Under the pieces are notes generated by a model. It was not told the origin of the DNA and made no database searches. It saw only the letters and a program-made list of their open reading frames with translations. Positions 26,304 through 36,974 of a DNA stretch of 64,000 nucleotides are shown here, piece after piece (position 1 is the first letter of the stretch; every line of letters starts with the position of its first letter). Position numbers and translations under genes: made by a program. Source of the DNA: a virus; the IMG/VR virus record IMGVR_UViG_3300045988_142085, positions 64,001-128,000 of that record; one strand, 5' to 3'.

Positions 26304-26586
26304 AATTTTCTAATAGCGTAGCGGTAATCGTTAAGAAGTCTTCCTTGTCGCTATTTTCATAATAGAAATTAATAGCAGAAGCTTTCTCGTAAATGTTCCA
26401 GTCAATCGCACAAGAATTTAATACGTCGCCATTCCATTCTAATGTAATCATAATATTCTTATCTCGATTAACAGTGATATCGAGATAATAATTACCTTGT
26501 TCTGTATGAATGAAATTGCCATTATTTAACCTTTCATCGATTAAATTTAATAATTTAATTTGCATATTAACAAGATTATTATTCAT
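26293..26586 (-). CDS. hypothetical protein
   Basis: ORF in array. Confidence 0.5.
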   Translation of the reverse strand: MNNNLVNMQIKLLNLIDERLNNGNFIHTEQGNYYLDITVNRDKNIMITLEWNGDVLNSCAIDWNIYEKASAINFYYENSDKEDFLTITATLLENYEI

Positions 26587-27160
26587 CTATTTCTTTATCT
26601 CCTTTAAATTCAGGATAATAATTAATATTATTAGCTTTAGGATGACCATTAATCAGTAAAAGCGCAGCCAAAACAATTTCAAGATTATTTTTATATAAAT
26701 TTTCAAAACTAATATGAATATTCTTAGGACCATTTCTTGTAAAATGGAACAAAAAAATTGACCTTGAACTTGTATCTGTTACAAGAGCTAATAATGGTGA
26801 AATATATCTATTTATTCCGACAACTTTTTTTAATGTTATTTGATAGTAAAAATCTTCGTAGCCTTGTCCTTTTTCAAAATATAATTCATAAGTAGAATCA
26901 TTATATTTAAATTTATTTGAACAGACTTTAATAAATTGATCTTTACTTAGTTTTGGTAAAATAACATAAAAAATATAGTTATATAAATGTTTACGATTTT
27001 GATCTGCTATTGCTAATTCTTTTCTATACCTTATTGTATATATCTTATTTCTTAATTTAGATATACCGTTAGTGATACTTTTAAAATCGACAATAAGAAT
27101 AGTAATAAAGCATATTATAAAAATAGCTTGTGTTACTTGAAAAACAACTTCTTCACTCAT
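26579..27160 (-). CDS. hypothetical protein with N-terminal TM helix
   Basis: ORF in array. Confidence 0.5.
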   Translation of the reverse strand: MSEEVVFQVTQAIFIICFITILIVDFKSITNGISKLRNKIYTIRYRKELAIADQNRKHLYNYIFYVILPKLSKDQFIKVCSNKFKYNDSTYELYFEKGQGYEDFYYQITLKKVVGINRYISPLLALVTDTSSRSIFLFHFTRNGPKNIHISFENLYKNNLEIVLAALLLINGHPKANNINYYPEFKGDKEIDE

Positions 27161-27438
27161 AATGCCGGATTAAGAATATCGTATAATAAAGTTAAATCTT
27201 TAACGTTAATATACTTATTCGTTTTATTGTTATAAATAGCGCGTTTAGGTAAATCTTTACAAGGATATTCGATACCGAGATTTAGGATATTTTTCTTATC
27301 TTTAGATACTAAAATATCACCACTATCAAATTTCTTTTTATCTCGGTTATCGATACGAATATCATAACCATCGATCGCTAATTTTTTAACGCCTTTGATG
27401 GGTTCTAATTTATTAACGAGTTCTACAATTTTACCCAT
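27157..27438 (-). CDS. hypothetical protein
   Basis: ORF in array. Confidence 0.5.
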   Translation of the reverse strand: MGKIVELVNKLEPIKGVKKLAIDGYDIRIDNRDKKKFDSGDILVSKDKKNILNLGIEYPCKDLPKRAIYNNKTNKYINVKDLTLLYDILNPAL

Positions 27439-27440
27439 AA

Positions 27441-27839
27441 TTATTCCTCCGTTTCTTCTAACACCATTTTTAAAATATATAATTGATTTGCTAAATTCTT
27501 TTCTAGTGCCGGTATAACTTCTAAAAATTCTTTGTTTAAATCTTCGAAATATATTCCTGCAGATTCTAATTTATCTGCAGCAAAAACAATATTGATACTA
27601 CCAGATTCACATTTTCCTGTTTTTTGATTAACAAAAACTATATCTAAAGTATAGCTAATAGTTTCTATACCGACATAAATACTAATAGTATTAATTTGTA
27701 TTCCGACAGTGTCTAAATCAATAAGATATATAATGTCATCTTGTAACGCATAATATGATAACGACATTAATTTATCCATGAATTTAGGTGTTAAGTTTTT
27801 TAAATATTTTATATCTAATAATATTTCGGACATTCGCAT
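27441..27839 (-). CDS. hypothetical protein
   Basis: ORF in array. Confidence 0.5.
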   Translation of the reverse strand: MRMSEILLDIKYLKNLTPKFMDKLMSLSYYALQDDIIYLIDLDTVGIQINTISIYVGIETISYTLDIVFVNQKTGKCESGSINIVFAADKLESAGIYFEDLNKEFLEVIPALEKNLANQLYILKMVLEETEE

Positions 27840-28177
27840 TTCTTTTCAAAATATTTCCTATGATAACATAAAGCTAAAATTATTTTAAATAATTTAAATG
27901 GATTGTCGCCGCACATCATAGCATAATTATCTACAACAATATGATCTTTAATAATTTCGATACCGTAAATATATCGCCTACGGTCGTTGTTCTTAGAATA
28001 TAACGATACTTTAGATGTGCCGGCATACTTATCAAATCGAAACCAATCTTTATCAAATTTATAATAATTGCTAAGATAATGATTAGTATACAGTACCTCT
28101 TCAGCTATTTTAAACATAGCTTTAGATTTAATTTTTTCAGAATTTAACTGTTCAAAATCGATCATAATGTACACCAC
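27815..28177 (-). CDS. hypothetical protein
   Basis: ORF in array. Confidence 0.5.
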   Translation of the reverse strand: MVYIMIDFEQLNSEKIKSKAMFKIAEEVLYTNHYLSNYYKFDKDWFRFDKYAGTSKVSLYSKNNDRRRYIYGIEIIKDHIVVDNYAMMCGDNPFKLFKIILALCYHRKYFEKKCECPKYY

Positions 28178-28749
28178 ATAATTAAATTTTGCATCGTTCC
28201 ATTCACTAATAAATTCATTTTATTTGTATGTTCTCCAAGATTATAAACGACATAATATATTTTATTATCTAACGCATATATCAACATAAACGCAATAGGA
28301 TATTCTTCTTTAATAAACGATAACGATATTAATGCACTACCGTCTAAGCTTTCAACTTCAACACAATATTTATTATATTTAAATAATACTTGTCCTTCGT
28401 CCAAGTTGCAACAATTTAACGATAAATTTTCATAAATTTCTTGATTTACTTTATACTCATTAATCTTAATAGCTTTTTTAATCTCAGATATTGCAGTTAA
28501 AACATTTATTTTTGTTTTAGGATTATCACTAATTAAATTATTATTACTATCAATAGCAAATCTTAAAGTAAGATTGTCGAAATTATCACGAAGCTCGAAC
28601 AGTACTCCGATATTATTTTCATTAAAATATACTGACTCACAATGTAGATAACAATATATATTGTTGTACGGAATAGTAAGAAAATTGTCTTCTATTCTTA
28701 AAAAGCTTAAAAAATCTTGAAGTATAATTAATTCGTTTTTTGTAAACAT
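28162..28749 (-). CDS. hypothetical protein
   Basis: ORF in array. Confidence 0.5.
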   Translation of the reverse strand: MFTKNELIILQDFLSFLRIEDNFLTIPYNNIYCYLHCESVYFNENNIGVLFELRDNFDNLTLRFAIDSNNNLISDNPKTKINVLTAISEIKKAIKINEYKVNQEIYENLSLNCCNLDEGQVLFKYNKYCVEVESLDGSALISLSFIKEEYPIAFMLIYALDNKIYYVVYNLGEHTNKMNLLVNGTMQNLIMWCTL

Positions 28750-29384
28750 TCTAATTTATAAGCCTTAATATAATTAATATACAAATAAAGAAAATATCTC
28801 TTTAGCCTTTTGTCGATAAGTTTGTCATTCTTACTGATCGAAACATAAGCGTATTTACGATCTTTAGTATATTCAATAGTTATACAATTACTTTTATTTT
28901 TACCAAAATCAGTTTTTCGTATATGAAAATGACCGCCATATGCACTTAAGCTTATTGCTTTATGATATAGAACATTTTCAAATACTACTTCATAATGAGG
29001 AAATGCATTCGTCGGCCAATTTATACTATTAGAAATATCGAGAGCAAAACAAGTTTGATTACCTAATATTTCTTTAATATTATTTAAAATAATATCGAAG
29101 AATAATTCAGTTCGTAAATTATAGTCAAAAGCTTTTAGATAGATTTTCTTTTCAGTTTCATCGAGGCGCAAATGATAAGTAGCAACAGTAGCACCATTTT
29201 TATTTAACTCGACAATATCATAAAGATATTCATTACGTTTATCAGGATATAGTTTTCTAAACAAATATGTCATACCGTCATAATGTTTAGTTTTGCCGTT
29301 CATATTATAATCGACTAGTGCAACGAAAGCATTGCGAGCTTCTTGCTTGTTAAAGACTACTTCTTTCCAACTCAGATAGCTCAC
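28728..29384 (-). CDS. hypothetical protein
   Basis: ORF in array. Confidence 0.5.
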   Translation of the reverse strand: MSYLSWKEVVFNKQEARNAFVALVDYNMNGKTKHYDGMTYLFRKLYPDKRNEYLYDIVELNKNGATVATYHLRLDETEKKIYLKAFDYNLRTELFFDIILNNIKEILGNQTCFALDISNSINWPTNAFPHYEVVFENVLYHKAISLSAYGGHFHIRKTDFGKNKSNCITIEYTKDRKYAYVSISKNDKLIDKRLKRYFLYLYINYIKAYKLECLQKTN

Positions 29385-29976
29385 CTGCTTTCATACAATA
29401 TCCTAATAATAAATTAATAATAGCTAATACAAAATTCTGATTAGTTCTAGGCTTAGGAAATGCAACGATAACTTCATTGCCGAAAAATCTTGTTACATAG
29501 AAAAAATCTTTTGTTTTAAATTTACTATGTTTAACTTGGTAGAAACCAAGATTTCTTGGAACGATATTAACGAATTTCTCATATTGAATAATTTTATCTA
29601 AACAAGTTCTTCTTATATTTTTAGAATATTTAATCGTTCTAACGATAAATATATTTAAAAAATCATTCCATATCTCTCGTTGATATTCTTGAAAAATAGG
29701 ACTATCACATTGGACAAAGTTTCTTGGAACGTTATAAATAAAAGTTAATTTATATTTACTTTTTGTTATACTGTCCCAAATTGAAACTTTAATATTTAAC
29801 CAAATTCCGTTGCCATAACTAATAACTTCTTTACAAGAATATAATAATCTTCCATCAGAAGACTTATAACTAAATTCCCTTTGCCATTTTGTATAGCCCA
29901 TTAATGCGACTAGTCGACTTCTAATTTGACGAGCAAATTTTTTATCGTATTGAACTCTCATCGCAGTGCACCACAA
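29350..29976 (-). CDS. hypothetical protein
   Basis: ORF in array. Confidence 0.5.
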   Translation of the reverse strand: MWCTAMRVQYDKKFARQIRSRLVALMGYTKWQREFSYKSSDGRLLYSCKEVISYGNGIWLNIKVSIWDSITKSKYKLTFIYNVPRNFVQCDSPIFQEYQREIWNDFLNIFIVRTIKYSKNIRRTCLDKIIQYEKFVNIVPRNLGFYQVKHSKFKTKDFFYVTRFFGNEVIVAFPKPRTNQNFVLAIINLLLGYCMKAGELSELERSSL

Positions 29977-30034
29977 ACGAACACTGCGACAAGCATTAAC
30001 AATAAGATGCAGACTAAAGTACTTTCATCTTTCA

Positions 30035-30409
30035 TTATTTAACGTCCTCACAGAATTTAAAATTAAGATAATCGGCTAATACAACACCGATCATACTATG
30101 CAATACAACGCTAGTGTAATCATTAGAATATTCTTCTTCTGTGATATTATCATATAAAGATAGCTCAACAGCTAAGAATTCTTTATGACGACTAATGTTA
30201 ATATCCATGTAATTATTTTCACTAGCTACAGTTAAATAAAAAGATTTTAATTCTTTATTAATGTCGCTAATATAAGCAACAGACCAATATTGGCCCCACT
30301 GAGGAATGCTAGTGAACGTGTCATTTCTTCTAGTAAGCTCTTTATGCAATTTTTTAAATAAATCTTTACATTGTTTTTTATTATTCAAATTAATTTCAGT
30401 AGTAACCAT
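30035..30409 (-). CDS. hypothetical protein
   Basis: ORF in array. Confidence 0.5.
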   Translation of the reverse strand: MVTTEINLNNKKQCKDLFKKLHKELTRRNDTFTSIPQWGQYWSVAYISDINKELKSFYLTVASENNYMDINISRHKEFLAVELSLYDNITEEEYSNDYTSVVLHSMIGVVLADYLNFKFCEDVK

Positions 30410-30504
30410 AATAAGCCTCCATTAAATAAGTAACATTTTTATATATACTAAATTAAATAATAAACATAAAAATACCGCCTATTTTATAATAGACGGTTAA
30501 ACAA

Positions 30505-30822
30505 TTAATCTTTTAATAACTGACCAATAATTTCTGGTAACAATTCCATAAGATCTTCAAAGTCTAAACAATATCGTGGTTCACAATCCGGAATAATATG
30601 AATCCCGTTATGATCTAAAAATGTATAGATATAAGCATCATCAACCAAACCTTCGTTATTGTCGATACCTAACTTAAAATGATCGTATTTGGGATAACTA
30701 ATATTATTATCGATACGCATGCTATAGACATTTTCTGCGCCACGATTATTATTTAAATTATTTACTAACATACGATATTTATCAGCATTAAGCTCTAAAT
30801 ATCGATAATCGATTGTAATCAT
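30505..30822 (-). CDS. hypothetical protein
   Basis: ORF in array. Confidence 0.5.
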   Translation of the reverse strand: MITIDYRYLELNADKYRMLVNNLNNNRGAENVYSMRIDNNISYPKYDHFKLGIDNNEGLVDDAYIYTFLDHNGIHIIPDCEPRYCLDFEDLMELLPEIIGQLLKD

Positions 30823-31037
30823 TTTTTCTTTTCCTTCGGTTGTTTAGTTTTAAAATTATTATATTTTAAACCATCTGGAGTAATTTGTACAGGCGACTGT
30901 TTAAACGTAATTTCTTTACCTTGATCTTGTTCGACTTTATAAGGGAATACATATCCGTTATATTCAGGTACATCGGTAGCTATAGCACCAACAGCAATTA
31001 AACTTAAAACACATAATAAAATAAATTTTTTATTCAT
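30819..31037 (-). CDS. small secreted protein (72 aa, signal peptide)
   Basis: N-terminus MNKKFILLCVLSLIAVGAIA. Confidence 0.5.
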   Translation of the reverse strand: MNKKFILLCVLSLIAVGAIATDVPEYNGYVFPYKVEQDQGKEITFKQSPVQITPDGLKYNNFKTKQPKEKKK

Positions 31038-31054
31038 AATTCACCTTCTGACTG

Positions 31055-31112
31055 ATGCGGTTGAGCGGATAACGCTGAAAGGAACCGCGAAAAGATTTCG
31101 GGCCGGAGGCCA
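31055..31112 (-). terminator. terminator-family element f (GGCCtccGGCC + CGAAATCTTTTCGCGG)
   Basis: GC hairpin and U-rich tract immediately after the 31113 gene stop on the minus strand. Confidence 0.55.
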
Positions 31113-31421
31113 CTATCTAAAAACAAGTTTCAATATTTCTTTCATTACATTGCCGCCTCTTTCAGAATTAAATACAATTCTATTACTAGAAACAGCAAAC
31201 TGATATTCAAAAAATGTAGGTTCATATATATTATAATTTTCATTAATTTCTTTAATAAAATCACATTGAATATCTAAATGAAAATTATTCATTCCTTCGT
31301 TTTTTTCTAGTGACCGAACTGGGCTTGTAACAGTTACGCCAGGTAGTTCAATTTCTTTATGTGCTTTAAGATAATTAATAACTTCGTCGATAACACAACC
31401 ATTCTTTAATTGAATGTACAA
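31113..31421 (-). CDS. hypothetical protein
   Basis: ORF in array. Confidence 0.5.
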   Translation of the reverse strand: MYIQLKNGCVIDEVINYLKAHKEIELPGVTVTSPVRSLEKNEGMNNFHLDIQCDFIKEINENYNIYEPTFFEYQFAVSSNRIVFNSERGGNVMKEILKLVFR

Positions 31422-31495
31422 ATTATGACACCACCTTTATCTAAATTTCACTATACACAATTTCTAAGAATAATTTAAATTCTAACCATAGTAAA

Positions 31496-31885
31496 CTAAA
31501 TGTAGTCAGCATAATTAATCCTTTTGCTTTCATTAAGATCACGATACATTTTATATATTAGATATTTAGCGAAAGTCTTGTTGAATAATCTTTTATTAGT
31601 AGAATTATGTTGAGTTATACTCATATGCAATATTTTATCGAAAATACAATCGTCGAAATCTATCGTTATTTTAAGTTTAAATGGGCAGAATGCCTCATTA
31701 AACGCTATCTTATATCGAACTTCTATTGTAAAATATCGAAACAAATCAGACATATTTTCATGAATAGGAATAGTTACTTCAAAATATTTATTATTCATAA
31801 ATATGAGACTAGACATAGTCATACTTCTCGTCGATATGTTATGCATATGATTGTGTATTTCCATTAACATTTTATATAAAAGCAT
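31496..31885 (-). CDS. hypothetical protein
   Basis: ORF in array. Confidence 0.5.
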   Translation of the reverse strand: MLLYKMLMEIHNHMHNISTRSMTMSSLIFMNNKYFEVTIPIHENMSDLFRYFTIEVRYKIAFNEAFCPFKLKITIDFDDCIFDKILHMSITQHNSTNKRLFNKTFAKYLIYKMYRDLNESKRINYADYI

Positions 31886-31887
31886 AA

Positions 31888-32262
31888 CTACACATTCATT
31901 TCGAAATAAGATACTGAAATAGTATGGCCTTTTTCATTTTTAACGATATGATTTTCGTTTGTAGTCGGACTTAACAAATCTTTACGATTAGATAATTGTT
32001 TACGTACTAATGTACTAACGATATAATATACATTATTTTGAGGATCCGGTAAGTTTTCAACGCTAGGTTCGCCATAAGCATATTCTACTTGAAATGGGCC
32101 GACCATACCGTTATGCATTTTATAATGATCTTTTACACGAACCGGAGGTACGTTATTCTTAGGAATAATAATAATTGTTATACCGTTATCATAAGTGATA
32201 TCATGCGGTGTTAAATTAATAATTGTATCGCCATTTAAACTAATAGACTTAAATTTATTCAT
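31888..32262 (-). CDS. hypothetical protein
   Basis: ORF in array. Confidence 0.5.
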   Translation of the reverse strand: MNKFKSISLNGDTIINLTPHDITYDNGITIIIIPKNNVPPVRVKDHYKMHNGMVGPFQVEYAYGEPSVENLPDPQNNVYYIVSTLVRKQLSNRKDLLSPTTNENHIVKNEKGHTISVSYFEMNV

Positions 32263-32264
32263 TG

Positions 32265-32687
32265 TTATTTATCCTTTCTACGACCATCGATATATCTTTC
32301 TTTATATTCGTTAATTAAATGATTATAACATAATGGTAAAAACATACTGAGATCTTTAAAATAATCCTTATCGGTATCGATTTTTACAGTGCCATAAAGA
32401 TTGCCATAGCTTTTAGTTTCACGTCTATCTTTAGGAATAACTAAAATATCGTTAATCTTATTATATACTGTATTGTAACAAACCTTTAAAAATATTGTTA
32501 ATTGATATCGTTTATTGTTTTTAAATAATGTTAAATAATAGTTACGTTGAATATCGACGCCATTAGCATATTCTTCGACATATGCCGGAGCAGTTAATAT
32601 TTGAATAGTAAGCTGTAAATCTTCATCGACATATATATAACTTAAATTAGACCGTTCTGTCTCATATACTAATTCTTCTGACTCCAT
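32265..32687 (-). CDS. hypothetical protein
   Basis: ORF in array. Confidence 0.5.
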   Translation of the reverse strand: MESEELVYETERSNLSYIYVDEDLQLTIQILTAPAYVEEYANGVDIQRNYYLTLFKNNKRYQLTIFLKVCYNTVYNKINDILVIPKDRRETKSYGNLYGTVKIDTDKDYFKDLSMFLPLCYNHLINEYKERYIDGRRKDK

Positions 32688-32704
32688 TTACAACTCCTTT
32701 CTAA

Positions 32705-33121
32705 TCATAAAAAATTACTATTTTTAATTTTTTTTAACACATGATTAATTAATATAGTAACACGATTTTCCTCATCGAGCATATTAGCTACTCCTACTGT
32801 TTCAATTTGAGAGTCACCGATAATTAATTTTTTAGAATCAGGATAATAATAATATACTTGATCTTTTTCTTCTGTCGAACAATAAAAGCACATTACTCCA
32901 TATTCAGATGGAACATTTTCTTCTGGTGAAACATGATATCTTCTTTTAAAAGAAAAAACATATTTTTTATTTTTATTCTTTAATTTTACAGGACTAATAC
33001 TTTTATCGTCGACAAAATAATCTATAGGTCCATAACAACTAGGCTCATCTAATGTCTTAACAAAAGTATACTTCGTTACGCCAAATTTTTCTTTCAATTC
33101 TTCTAGTTTCTGATTAATCAT
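32705..33121 (-). CDS. hypothetical protein
   Basis: ORF in array. Confidence 0.5.
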   Translation of the reverse strand: MINQKLEELKEKFGVTKYTFVKTLDEPSCYGPIDYFVDDKSISPVKLKNKNKKYVFSFKRRYHVSPEENVPSEYGVMCFYCSTEEKDQVYYYYPDSKKLIIGDSQIETVGVANMLDEENRVTILINHVLKKIKNSNFL

Positions 33122-33133
33122 ATTTTATTTTCT

Positions 33134-33535
33134 TTATAGAATTTTAGAATAAGAAAAGTTATCTAACTTTTTCTTGAGCTTAATTCTATCCTCTAATGTA
33201 GTTATTAACATATTAACACAAAGATAAGCATAATGTTTATTAAAATAATCTTTTATTTGATCTTCATTAGGATAGCCTGGCCTGTCATCATTAATATAAA
33301 TATCTCTAAACTTTATAATATAAATATTATTTTGATAAGGTTTATGTATTAAAGTAACAGACACAGTTAATTCATAGTCAAAAGACTTGCCGTTTATAGG
33401 CTTATCTAATTTTTTAACAAAGCTAAAAATACAGTTAAGTTGGCAATCTAAACCAAGAGATTCAAAGATTATAAAATTATCTGTATTCATACAAAGCTCT
33501 TCTTTATTGCGATCAAATGAATAAGTTAACTTCAA
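33134..33535 (-). CDS. hypothetical protein
   Basis: ORF in array. Confidence 0.5.
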   Translation of the reverse strand: MKLTYSFDRNKEELCMNTDNFIIFESLGLDCQLNCIFSFVKKLDKPINGKSFDYELTVSVTLIHKPYQNNIYIIKFRDIYINDDRPGYPNEDQIKDYFNKHYAYLCVNMLITTLEDRIKLKKKLDNFSYSKIL

Positions 33536-33936
33536 ACAGACGCCACCTTTCTTTATTTAACTTTCTATTATAACATAAATAGTCTTTTTTAGCAACAAAA
33601 CCTGCTATTATTTTAAATAAATATTTCTTCTATAAAGCGAACGTTCGTTCCTATTTTAAATCGCTCAGCATCCAGTTATACACTTTTTCGACTTGAAAAT
33701 GCTCGAGCTTGCGTAATTTTTTATCGGGATAATATCGATTCATATAATAGTTTAACTTATGAGTTACTTTATTTAAACGATATATCTCCGAAATCAATTC
33801 TTTTCTTTTCATTATTTATTTTTTTTCTTTTTAATTTTCTGTTTTCTATCATGTTTTTTAACAAAACGTTCCCAATCTTTTTGCGATGTTTTATCTAGTT
33901 CTTCAAACATGGTTTTCCAGAAGTCTTGAGTGTCCA

Positions 33937-34269
33937 TTAATAATACTCTCTATCGATAAAATACCAGCTACATTTTTCCAAAGATTCTTCTGTTAAATAA
34001 AGACAATATGCACCAAGGTTTTCAATTTGTTCGCCGTCTTCGAAGACTACCGTAATATTCTTAATATTAGACCATTTTCCGTCTTGGCTCCATTCATAGT
34101 CTGTTATTTTACATTGGCGCCCATCTAGATAATAAAAATCGAGATTTTCAAATTCAAAATCATCGATATCGTAATCATCGAAATTATACATTTTATCGTC
34201 AAGACAATATCTTTCATTGATAATTTTGTCGAAAATATCCTGATATTTTAAAATTAAATCGTTGTTCAT
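33937..34269 (-). CDS. hypothetical protein
   Basis: ORF in array. Confidence 0.5.
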   Translation of the reverse strand: MNNDLILKYQDIFDKIINERYCLDDKMYNFDDYDIDDFEFENLDFYYLDGRQCKITDYEWSQDGKWSNIKNITVVFEDGEQIENLGAYCLYLTEESLEKCSWYFIDREYY

Positions 34270-34279
34270 ATTTTACTCC

Positions 34280-34741
34280 TTATAAATTATCTAAATCTTC
34301 TAATAAGCAATGAATTTCTTTAAAATAATATTCCAGCTCCATTGCGCTATAATCATTTTCTTTAGTGTATACTCCATATTCTTTCCGAATAGGAATAACA
34401 TCTTTTACTTCTTGACTGAGATCTTTATAATTGAACTTATAATCGAAGTTCCGCAAGAAGCAGTTGAGCATTTGTAAATCAGAATCGAAGTCGCCAGAAT
34501 CTAAATCATATAGCATCTGGTAAAACATATTTAATTTAAATAAAATGCCGTCTTTATAAATAATTTTCTTATCTTTAAATTCAACGACTAATTCTTTTTT
34601 ATGGCGATTATATCCAAGTTTATTGTTAATCAAAGCCAAATCTTTAAAAGATTGATTTCTATCGGTAATTATACAATCGATATTGCCAAGAATTTCGTCA
34701 ATCTTTTTCATGTTTTTATAAGTCATAGTCATATCCTTCAT
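34280..34741 (-). CDS. hypothetical protein
   Basis: ORF in array. Confidence 0.5.
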   Translation of the reverse strand: MKDMTMTYKNMKKIDEILGNIDCIITDRNQSFKDLALINNKLGYNRHKKELVVEFKDKKIIYKDGILFKLNMFYQMLYDLDSGDFDSDLQMLNCFLRNFDYKFNYKDLSQEVKDVIPIRKEYGVYTKENDYSAMELEYYFKEIHCLLEDLDNL

Positions 34742-34746
34742 TCTTA

Positions 34747-35244
34747 CTATCTTAATTCTTCTAATAGTTTTTGAATATTGTTTAATCGATCTTGTAAACT
34801 ATAAATATACTGTTCTAGACAATCAATATTGTCATCGTTGTTGCTAGAATATCCTTTCCTTATATTCATATAACTATATAGATCATCATGTAAATCATCT
34901 ATATCAGAGTCAGTATATTCAATATAATTTTGGATTATTCTTAATCCTTTATTTTCTTTAGCTAAGTTTTCTATTAAATATCTTAAATAAACTAATTTGA
35001 ATATAACATCTGTAAATCTATCAGAAGAACCACCATATTCATAAGTCTTATAAATAAATGAAATTGTTTCATCTTCTGGATTAAATTTTACTAACCAAGA
35101 ATTGAAAGTAGTTAATGAATAAAGATGGCCAATAGCGCCATTTAATTCATTAGTAATTTTATCGTTAATTTTCGTTACGTTATTAATCTTTTCATAGAAA
35201 TCAAGATTATCTTTTAATATTCCATAATCCATAATGGGCGCCAA
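34747..35244 (-). CDS. hypothetical protein
   Basis: ORF in array. Confidence 0.5.
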   Translation of the reverse strand: MAPIMDYGILKDNLDFYEKINNVTKINDKITNELNGAIGHLYSLTTFNSWLVKFNPEDETISFIYKTYEYGGSSDRFTDVIFKLVYLRYLIENLAKENKGLRIIQNYIEYTDSDIDDLHDDLYSYMNIRKGYSSNNDDNIDCLEQYIYSLQDRLNNIQKLLEELR

Positions 35245-35254
35245 CTTTCTTTAT

Positions 35255-35539
35255 TTAAAACTCTAATAATAATTCACTAATAGGATACATAATAAATGAT
35301 ATATCTTTATAATTAAAATATTCATTTAAACATTCAATTTTAATTTCTCTATTAGATAAGTCTATACTATATTCTTTTTCTTCTTCTTCGTATCTTAATG
35401 TAAACTTAAAACAATAATTATCTTCTTCTTTAAAAGAAGCAATATAATATGAACTAATCATATCTTTAAAGATTATTTGTTTTAAATAACGATATATTTC
35501 CTTCGCTTCGTCGTACGATCTAAATTCAAGTGTTATCAT
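35255..35539 (-). CDS. hypothetical protein
   Basis: ORF in array. Confidence 0.5.
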   Translation of the reverse strand: MITLEFRSYDEAKEIYRYLKQIIFKDMISSYYIASFKEEDNYCFKFTLRYEEEEKEYSIDLSNREIKIECLNEYFNYKDISFIMYPISELLLEF

Positions 35540-35855
35540 ATTTTTCTCTTCTAAAATCTTCTAACCATTTTCTTATATCGCATTCTTCAATGGTTCTTTG
35601 TAATACATCTGAAGTACGATAATATGGATCTCTAAAATCCATTCCAATATTTTCTAAATAAACTAACGTCTTAGCTTCTATTATCGCTATATAATATGTT
35701 CTTTTAGTTAATATACATTCGCAATAAGCTGTTTGTATTAAATAAATAAAATTATTATTTTCTGAAAAAACATCGTAATGAAAATGACCGTGATCATAAT
35801 GATAGCGTACTAATACAAAATCCTTATCTTTATTTAATTCGAATATTTTACTCAT
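35526..35855 (-). CDS. hypothetical protein
   Basis: ORF in array. Confidence 0.5.
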   Translation of the reverse strand: MSKIFELNKDKDFVLVRYHYDHGHFHYDVFSENNNFIYLIQTAYCECILTKRTYYIAIIEAKTLVYLENIGMDFRDPYYRTSDVLQRTIEECDIRKWLEDFRREKYDNT

Positions 35856-35893
35856 AATATTATCTTTTTAACGTAATTTTATTTTGATCCACA

Positions 35894-36166
35894 TTATTTA
35901 AATTTTATATAGTCTTTCTTTCTAATATCTTCCCAGAGATATTCATACATTTTCTCGACAGCATTTGTAGTATATTTCATTCTTTCTATTGATTCTTCTA
36001 TTTCTTTTGGAACAGGCATATTGAGATTATATTCGACGGCAATAGTCTTCTTGTCATAATAATATATTAAATGAGCGAATAGATAGTTAAATATATCGGA
36101 CTTAAATTTTAAATATAAACAAAAGCTTTTAATAAAATATGATTCTCTTTTCCATGTTCTATCCAT
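35894..36166 (-). CDS. hypothetical protein
   Basis: ORF in array. Confidence 0.45.
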   Translation of the reverse strand: MDRTWKRESYFIKSFCLYLKFKSDIFNYLFAHLIYYYDKKTIAVEYNLNMPVPKEIEESIERMKYTTNAVEKMYEYLWEDIRKKDYIKFK

Positions 36167-36270
36167 TTGAGATATATGTATTTCACAGTTGCTGTCTTTA
36201 TATAAATAATCGCTCGCTATCGCTCGCCGCCCCTTTCATTATTTAACAATAATATTATTCTAAGACCATA

Positions 36271-36675
36271 TTATCCACCATGGCACGCTAAAACATGTCT
36301 TTTTTTAATAATATTAACATCTTTTAAATTAGTTTTCCATAATTTTTTAGCCGTCACATCTTTAGTTAATTTGCCAAATTCATATGTACTCATTAGTGGC
36401 CACAAATTATCTTCGCCAAATTCATTTAACAAATCTTTTTCCATATAAAAAACATATCCGTCTTTTATTAATATAGCATAAAATGTAATAAAACCATTTT
36501 TATCTTTTTTGCGAACTAATTCAGTATCGGTAGTAAATTTATGAGCAGGAAGTCTCATAATTTCTTTTTTCATTCTTCTATAAATTCTATTTTCTTCTGA
36601 AGAAAATAAATCTAATATAGTATCAAACATAATTCGTTTCCTCGTTAATAAATGTATAACAGAAAATATCACCAA
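36271..36675 (-). CDS. hypothetical protein
   Basis: ORF in array. Confidence 0.5.
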   Translation of the reverse strand: MVIFSVIHLLTRKRIMFDTILDLFSSEENRIYRRMKKEIMRLPAHKFTTDTELVRKKDKNGFITFYAILIKDGYVFYMEKDLLNEFGEDNLWPLMSTYEFGKLTKDVTAKKLWKTNLKDVNIIKKRHVLACHGG

Positions 36676-36958
36676 TCATATCTTTGTATTCTTCTTTGAA
36701 TTCATCATAATCTTCAAATTTTACTTCGATGATTTCATAAAGATCTTTATTATTTTTTTGATAATAAATATATAATGTTAATTGATGTTCATTATTTTTG
36801 TCGAATTCGATGCGTTCAATTACTTCTAATTTAACCATTATTTTATTAAGATATAGAAGCATACTACCGCAATTACATTGAGATATCAATACTTCTAATT
36901 TTGATATACGATCATATTTTTCTTTGTCGAATTTTTCTTTACAATATAAATGTTTCAT
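36623..36958 (-). CDS. hypothetical protein
   Basis: ORF in array. Confidence 0.5.
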   Translation of the reverse strand: MKHLYCKEKFDKEKYDRISKLEVLISQCNCGSMLLYLNKIMVKLEVIERIEFDKNNEHQLTLYIYYQKNNKDLYEIIEVKFEDYDEFKEEYKDMIGDIFCYTFINEETNYV

Positions 36959-36974
36959 ATGCGTCCTTTCTTCA